From: Thermoplasmata archaeon
GTDB taxonomy: Archaea; Thermoplasmatota; Thermoplasmata; RBG-16-68-12
Length of the DNA stretch: 64,000 nucleotides
Assembly: GCA_035636595.1 (NCBI GenBank)
Contig: DASPYU010000016.1
Location: 193,518-257,517, forward strand
Reading direction: 5' to 3'
Part shown: piece after piece, positions 58,794-64,000 of the stretch
Layout of the letters: every line of letters begins with the position of its first letter
Numbering within the stretch: position 1 is the first letter of the stretch
Made by a program: the position numbers and the translations under genes
The notes under the pieces: generated by a model
Told to the model about the DNA's origin: nothing
Database searches by the model: none
The model's input: the letters and a program-made list of their open reading frames with translations, nothing else

Positions 58794-59980
58794 GCCTTCG
58801 CCACGATCTTGATGACGTCCCCATCCTGGACCGGGTGGTCCCGGCCCACCACCATCTTCGTGCGTGCGTTGATGGCGCGGATGAAGTGGTTACCCAAGTC
58901 GGTGTGGACCTTAAAGGCTACGTCGGCCGCGGTGGAACCGCGCGGCACGAGGAAGGCGTCCGGGAGGACGTTGCCGGCTTTGTCGGTCCAATGATGCTCG
59001 TCCTCGACCGGATAGACGACGATCAAGTCGAGCAACTTGAACACGGCCTCCTCGATGCACGCTTGGACGCCCGTGGAGCCGCGCGTCCGGAGGAATGCCT
59101 GGATCATCTCGAGGCCTTTCGTTTGTGCGGGAGAAAGTTTCTCTAGGTTCAGCACGCGGAACGAGGAAGCGCCGGGTTCGTAGACGATCAGACCCGCGCC
59201 TGCCGCGCGCCGCAGAGCGAGTTCGTACTCCGCCGATGTGGGGATCACGTGGTAGTCCTCCACCTTGCGGAGGCGATCCATGGCCTCCTGCGAGACGAGA
59301 TCCGCTTTGTTCGCCGCAAGGACTGTCGGCTTGCCTCGGCGCAGAATCTTCCGAGCGATTCGTAGGAGGTCGTCCGGTGTCCAACGCGCGATCTTCGGAT
59401 CCAGAGGGACTTCGCGCAACGCGAGATGGATCTTCGTCTCGGTCAATCCGAGGCCGGTAAGCCGGGTCAGGAGGAGTTTCTCGGGAGGCACCTCCTCAAG
59501 GTCCGCATGCCGCGCCTCCTTCTCCCAATTCCTGGATAGGATTCCGGCGACCCAGTGAGCGAGCTCGTCCTCGAGGAACCGCACGTCGTTGAGCGGATCG
59601 TGGCTCCCGGGAGGTACGGGGTTGCCCTCGAAGTCCGTCCCCCCGGTCACATCAATGACGTGGACAAAGGCACTCGCCTGCCGTAGGTCGTCGAGGAACT
59701 TGTTTCCCAGGCCCCGGCCTTCGTGGGCCTTGGGGACGAGACCGGCGACATCGAGCAGCTCCACGGGAATCAGTCGCGTGCCGTCCTGGCAGGGCGCGTT
59801 GTTCGGTTTGCAGACGTGGCCGATTTCCTTGTGGGGGCACGGCTTGCGAACGTAGGCGACGCCCCGGTTCGCTTCGATCGTCGTGAAGGGATAGTTCGCG
59901 ATCTGCACGGGCGCCAGCGTGGCAGCCGCGAAGAACGTCGACTTGCCGACGTTCGGCTTCCCTACGACCCCCAACTCCAC
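58790..59980 (-). CDS. ychF: Obg-family ATPase/GTPase YchF
   Basis: GKPNVGKST, NYPFTTI, DVAGLV, NKAD, C-terminal TGS domain; GTG start at 59980. Confidence 0.92.
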   Translation of the reverse strand: MELGVVGKPNVGKSTFFAAATLAPVQIANYPFTTIEANRGVAYVRKPCPHKEIGHVCKPNNAPCQDGTRLIPVELLDVAGLVPKAHEGRGLGNKFLDDLRQASAFVHVIDVTGGTDFEGNPVPPGSHDPLNDVRFLEDELAHWVAGILSRNWEKEARHADLEEVPPEKLLLTRLTGLGLTETKIHLALREVPLDPKIARWTPDDLLRIARKILRRGKPTVLAANKADLVSQEAMDRLRKVEDYHVIPTSAEYELALRRAAGAGLIVYEPGASSFRVLNLEKLSPAQTKGLEMIQAFLRTRGSTGVQACIEEAVFKLLDLIVVYPVEDEHHWTDKAGNVLPDAFLVPRGSTAADVAFKVHTDLGNHFIRAINARTKMVVGRDHPVQDGDVIKIVAKA

Positions 59981-60065
59981 GGCGCAAAGAACGTGATTCC
60001 GCCACAAGTACCTTTAGCGCCAAGAGCCCAAGGCAGGCGCAGCGTGAATTTCCTGATGTATTCGC

Positions 60066-63000
60066 TTACTTGCGGCGCGTCCGGCGTCTACGCGAGAGAA
60101 GGAGGACGAGTACTCCCGTCGTGAAAGCGGGGGCCATCAAGTCGCTAAATTCAGGGACACTTACTGTGATCGAGCTGTCCTGAGACGCACCGCTCCCATC
60201 GTATTTGAGATCAATCGATGGACCTGAGACGTATTCGACCCGAAGCCGGATTCTTTGGTTCGCGGTAATCGAGACGGTACCGCTTGAACAACTAAAGAGT
60301 TGGTCATCGCCTCCGGTGGTATTCGTGTTCGTCCAACAGACCAGGCTGGGTGAACTCCCGTTCTGATTGGTGACAGCAAACGTCACGTTCAGGATGGTTC
60401 CGCTTGATGTCGAGAGATCCAGCTGTCCGGCCCAGCTCCCAGCGGCGATCGTCTCATCGGCCGATGCCGGATCCGTGAAGAAACAAGCCGTCGTGTTTCC
60501 ACTCGACAACGTAATGGATGCCCCACCGCCGCCTCGCGTCGTGTTGAGACCCTTGACGAACACACAGTCGCCCGAAACAATCTGGGGGTCCGAATCGCGC
60601 AGGTAAAACGTTGAGTCGCCGAATCCGAACGCTTGCGGTGAACTCACGGCGCGCGGGCCTGGCGCGAACTGGGAAGAAGGCGCCAGCGAAGGGGCTCCAA
60701 TCCCTGTCGTCCAATCCACACTGGAAGACCAATCGGTTGCCTCGAAAACCATTCGAGTCGTGTTCGTAACCGGCCCGACCGCTACTGATCCCTCAATCTC
60801 AAAATCAGTCTTCGCAAGCGCATTGGCTGGGAGGGCAACTTTCGTCCAGGTTCCGGTCCACATGTACAGAGCTCTACTCGTGATTCGTCCGCTCAGCCCA
60901 CGGATCTCGAACATGTGGTCCGCGTAGATCCCAGCGATCGGAACGCCTGTCGGGTCCGACGCATTCAAATCGATGTAGACACGCAGAATATCCTCGCCGG
61001 TCTGCCGCGGCAGCGGGAGAGGACGGCCGGACGCGTTTCCCCCTTGACCGCGTGGCGAGGGAACGATGCGTTCCGGCACCGCGCCCCCGAGCATCTCACC
61101 CGCGACCGCGACGTGGAAGAATGCCGTGGATGGGTCCACCGCTGCGCCGTACCGGACGATGTTCACGTCCGAATTGGTCACCGGAATCGAGTCCGAATCG
61201 GGAACATCTCGACCGACCCAATCGCTGAAGAGTCCGTCAATCCGGACGGCAGACGGTGGCGAGACGACGTAAGCACGAATCGGGCCGCCGCCGTGAACGA
61301 ACACCGGTTTCGTGCCGCTCGCGCCGAGGACATCGACTTGGATGGCATCGCCGGGCAAAAATCCCGGGGCCGAGACGGACGCCGTGATGGTGGCGTTCGG
61401 CTGGCCCTGGGTCAAGGTTACGGATTCCGCCGAGAGGGAGACAACCACGCCGGGCGTGGCGTTAAGCTGAATCGAGGACACATCCCATGTGAATGAGGAT
61501 GGCGTCCCGAGCGCCCGCGCGCGAATCGTGAAGAGAGGGGTGGGGCCAGCGCCTACGGTCGATGTCAACGGCGAGACGAGGAGGAGGACCGCTCCGCCAT
61601 CCGGGGACAATTGCGCGAGACTACGACTCGAATCGCCGCGGAAGTCATCCGCATAGACGAGAATGCGGAACGCCGTAGGATCGAACCCGTTGAAATCGTA
61701 CGTAGACACTCGGGCCTCGACGCCCGTCGCCGAGGCCGCGGACTGAACAGACCCGCCCGGTTGACGCTGGCTCCAGTTCACCTCGGCATTGGCGGGGAAC
61801 GTGTACAGCCGGGCGCCTGCGACGGTAAAGTTCGCGCCAAACACACTGACGACCGCGTCCGCCCCGATTCCCTCGAACGACAGACCGGTGGACGCGTTCC
61901 CGTCCGCGTCGATCAGGAAATACACTCCATCGTATCCCGTGCTATCCCCGAAGGTACCGCCCAGGGTCGTCGCGTAAAGATAGAGCGAATTCTGATCGAG
62001 CAGGGATGCGTATTGGCCGATTGAGACGAACGGATTCGAGGCCTGGGTCGCGGCATTGAGCTTCGGCACCGCGTCCCAATCGCTGAACGAGCCGTCGATC
62101 GCGATCGGCGCCGTGGGTCCGGAGACCGGGATGAAGAGCAATGCGAAGATCACGATGGCGACGAGCGACCCGGACGCGATCGCCGCATAGCGCACGCGCC
62201 GGGAGGGCCCCACCAACCGGACCGCGCTTCTCCCCGACCGGACGAACTGAGTGCCATTCACGATCCCGTTGATGCGACCTTGCGCGCCGACGAGACCGTT
62301 CACGCGCCCTTGGGCAGTCACGAGACCGTTCACCCGACCGGCGGGTTGGACGAGTCCGTTGACGCGACCCGTGCCGTTCACGAGTCCGTTCACGCGGCCC
62401 ATGCCGTTGACGAGACCGTTCACCTTGCCGGCGGTTCCTCGGCCTTCCCGCTTCGGGCGCATCCCGCTGACGAGGCCGCGGCTGCCGCGCATCCAACCGG
62501 AGAGGAATCCGACGGACGTGGCAAGGGGAGAGGGCGGCGTGGCCACGGCCTTCTCGCCTTCGGGCTTCTTCGCCTCCGGCACGATCTTCTCGTCCGGTCG
62601 CATCGACTCTTCGAGCTCTTCGATCAGCCAGTCGAGCACAGCCGCCTTCGTGCGCTCGAGTTCCTCGGTCGATAGGGACTCCTCGAGCTCGCCGACGAGA
62701 AGGTCGTCCACGAGATTGTCGAGTTCCGGGGCCTGTGTACTCGGGCGGACCTCGCGTGGCGCGGGCGCCCCCTCTGGCGCAGGGACCGAGGCGCCGCACG
62801 ACGGGCAGCGCTCCGCGCCCTCCGGGAGAGGCCGGCCGCACTCGGTGCATGCGGGGCCGGCTCGGGTGATCAGGTCGTCGAGCTCGGCGATCTCCTGATC
62901 CCAGGCCACGTCGTCGAGGAGCGAGCTCGCAGTCGTGCGGAGTTTCTCGGACCACTCCGGCTTGCGCGCATGCTTCGCATGGATTCGCAGGAGCGCGACC

Positions 63001-63863
63001 TTGAACTTCCGCTGGTCCGGCGCTTTTGATGCGGCGCGTTCGAGACTTTCAACGGCCTGGTCCGTCCGTCCGAAGGAGTCCAGTAGAAGGCCGCGCGCAT
63101 AGAGGAGGTCGGCGTCATCGGGCTTCTGAGCCAACCGGTTATCGTAGAAGGCGACCAGCCCCGCAATGCCCTCGTCGAGGAAGGCCCGCCGGATCGCCTC
63201 GTCCATCTCCTCCTCGTCGAAGGAGGCGCCGCACTCGGGACATGAGGGCGCGTATGCGGACGTGAGACACCCGCAGAGGGGACACTCGTACTCGTCCTGC
63301 GCGACACTCTCCTTCGTCCGTTGCGGAGGGGCGTAGTTCAGCAAGCTGAACGACGCGAAGATCTTCCGCGCCGCGAGCGGGCCGACCTCCGGGATCCTCG
63401 CGAGGTCCGATTCCTTCACCCGGGCGAGCTTCCAGAGCGCGTTGTAGCCGCGATCGACCAGTGCTTGGGCGCGGGACGGATCCAAACCGAATGCTCGCAG
63501 TGTCGCGAGCATCGCCGCGGTGTCGACCTCGCCTCGGAGCTTTCGCTTCCGCCGGCCTTCGAGGACCGGGGCCGCCGCCACGGCCGGAGGCAGGGGTTGA
63601 TGGGTCGCGGGCTCGGCGGGCGATTCTTCGGACTCCCGTGGTGCGGTAGGTGGCGATCCGGGAGCCGGAAACCTCGAGTGACACTGATCGCAGATGACCT
63701 GCCACGGACTGAACGTCCCGCACTCCGGGCACGCGACGGCCCAGTCGAGCTGGCGCGCGTTGTGGAGGATCGACGCGGCGCCGCACGACTCGCAGAGGAC
63801 GATTGGGAAGAGCTTTCCGCCGCAAGAGCTGCACGAGGGAAAGTCCTCGACCTGGGGACTCAC
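60066..63863 (-). CDS. Large membrane protein: Zn ribbons, HhH, TPR-like, GRVNGLV repeats, TM, beta-rich ectodomain, PEF-CTERM-like tail
   Basis: Eight CxxC motifs; LARIPEVGPLAARKI (HhH); ADLLYARGLLLDSFGR..AVE (TPR); TM AIASGSLVAIVIFALLF; IDG.FSDW twice; VPEF-TM-RRRR at the C-terminus. Confidence 0.8.
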   Translation of the reverse strand: MSPQVEDFPSCSSCGGKLFPIVLCESCGAASILHNARQLDWAVACPECGTFSPWQVICDQCHSRFPAPGSPPTAPRESEESPAEPATHQPLPPAVAAAPVLEGRRKRKLRGEVDTAAMLATLRAFGLDPSRAQALVDRGYNALWKLARVKESDLARIPEVGPLAARKIFASFSLLNYAPPQRTKESVAQDEYECPLCGCLTSAYAPSCPECGASFDEEEMDEAIRRAFLDEGIAGLVAFYDNRLAQKPDDADLLYARGLLLDSFGRTDQAVESLERAASKAPDQRKFKVALLRIHAKHARKPEWSEKLRTTASSLLDDVAWDQEIAELDDLITRAGPACTECGRPLPEGAERCPSCGASVPAPEGAPAPREVRPSTQAPELDNLVDDLLVGELEESLSTEELERTKAAVLDWLIEELEESMRPDEKIVPEAKKPEGEKAVATPPSPLATSVGFLSGWMRGSRGLVSGMRPKREGRGTAGKVNGLVNGMGRVNGLVNGTGRVNGLVQPAGRVNGLVTAQGRVNGLVGAQGRINGIVNGTQFVRSGRSAVRLVGPSRRVRYAAIASGSLVAIVIFALLFIPVSGPTAPIAIDGSFSDWDAVPKLNAATQASNPFVSIGQYASLLDQNSLYLYATTLGGTFGDSTGYDGVYFLIDADGNASTGLSFEGIGADAVVSVFGANFTVAGARLYTFPANAEVNWSQRQPGGSVQSAASATGVEARVSTYDFNGFDPTAFRILVYADDFRGDSSRSLAQLSPDGGAVLLLVSPLTSTVGAGPTPLFTIRARALGTPSSFTWDVSSIQLNATPGVVVSLSAESVTLTQGQPNATITASVSAPGFLPGDAIQVDVLGASGTKPVFVHGGGPIRAYVVSPPSAVRIDGLFSDWVGRDVPDSDSIPVTNSDVNIVRYGAAVDPSTAFFHVAVAGEMLGGAVPERIVPSPRGQGGNASGRPLPLPRQTGEDILRVYIDLNASDPTGVPIAGIYADHMFEIRGLSGRITSRALYMWTGTWTKVALPANALAKTDFEIEGSVAVGPVTNTTRMVFEATDWSSSVDWTTGIGAPSLAPSSQFAPGPRAVSSPQAFGFGDSTFYLRDSDPQIVSGDCVFVKGLNTTRGGGGASITLSSGNTTACFFTDPASADETIAAGSWAGQLDLSTSSGTILNVTFAVTNQNGSSPSLVCWTNTNTTGGDDQLFSCSSGTVSITANQRIRLRVEYVSGPSIDLKYDGSGASQDSSITVSVPEFSDLMAPAFTTGVLVLLLSRRRRTRRK
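62251..62430 (-). repeat. 6 x 30-nt coding tandem repeat (xxGRVNGLVx)
   Basis: A unit of consensus CGAGWCCGTTSAC recurs every 30 nt on the + strand. Confidence 0.9.
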
Positions 63864-64000
63864 CCGAGTAGCCTCCTACGGCGGGCCGGCGCGAGGCGGA
63901 AGCGGGGGGAAGAGGGTGGCCTCTCGCTGCAGCGGAATCGTGCGACCATCACGCGTCGCCTGCGCGCTTACCTTTTATAGAGCGTTATGGACTTTCGCCC

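Noticed and set aside
62251..62430. 30-nt repeats as a CRISPR array
   Set aside because: No spacers; in-frame with synonymous variation inside a CDS.
1..64000. CRISPR array, rRNA, integrase or transposase
   Set aside because: No repeat-spacer array, rRNA-like stretch or recombinase motif recognised. The only tandem repeats are coding.

Overview
High-GC archaeal chromosomal segment, most consistent with a Thermoplasmata lineage. This rests on the co-occurrence of rpl15e, thermosome, CDC48/VAT, family-B DNA polymerase, TrpB2, the bacterial-type grpE-dnaK-dnaJ cluster, tRNAs without encoded CCA, and TATA-like promoters. Layout: (1) 1-10.9 kb, accessory and detox genes (YaaA-like, Nudix-like, metallophosphoesterase/APC permease/nucleotidyltransferase trio, ArsR-SRPBCC-VOC-RibD cassette), ending at tRNA-Thr(GGT). 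(2) 11-33 kb, a proteostasis and membrane cluster (RqcH, HtpX, GlnA, NfeD/flotillin, PRC-barrel, CDC48, a bactofilin-like protein, DnaJ/DnaK/GrpE, Hsp20, thermosome). (3) About 33.1-37.6 kb, a visibly lower-GC islet: a probable toxin plus Zn-finger/Panacea-like antitoxin pair, a glycine-zipper peptide, a three-gene operon (COMMD-like protein, immunity-like protein, ART-fold-like protein) and a PD-(D/E)XK nuclease. This is the best candidate for an undescribed defence/conflict system. (4) 37.6-60 kb, housekeeping genes (NADP phosphatase/NAD kinase, JAMM, GlmM/GlmU, tRNA-Leu(CAG), a class III aminotransferase with a structured 5' leader, a sulfonate-type ABC transporter, ThiI-like, rpl15e, PolB, YchF). 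(5) A 1265-aa membrane protein with Zn-ribbon/HhH/TPR-like N-terminus, 10-aa repeats, an ectodomain and a PEF-CTERM-like tail. No CRISPR array, rRNA or integrase/transposase was recognised. All family calls come from motif recognition by eye, not database searches. Several start codons are my re-assignments and are uncertain.
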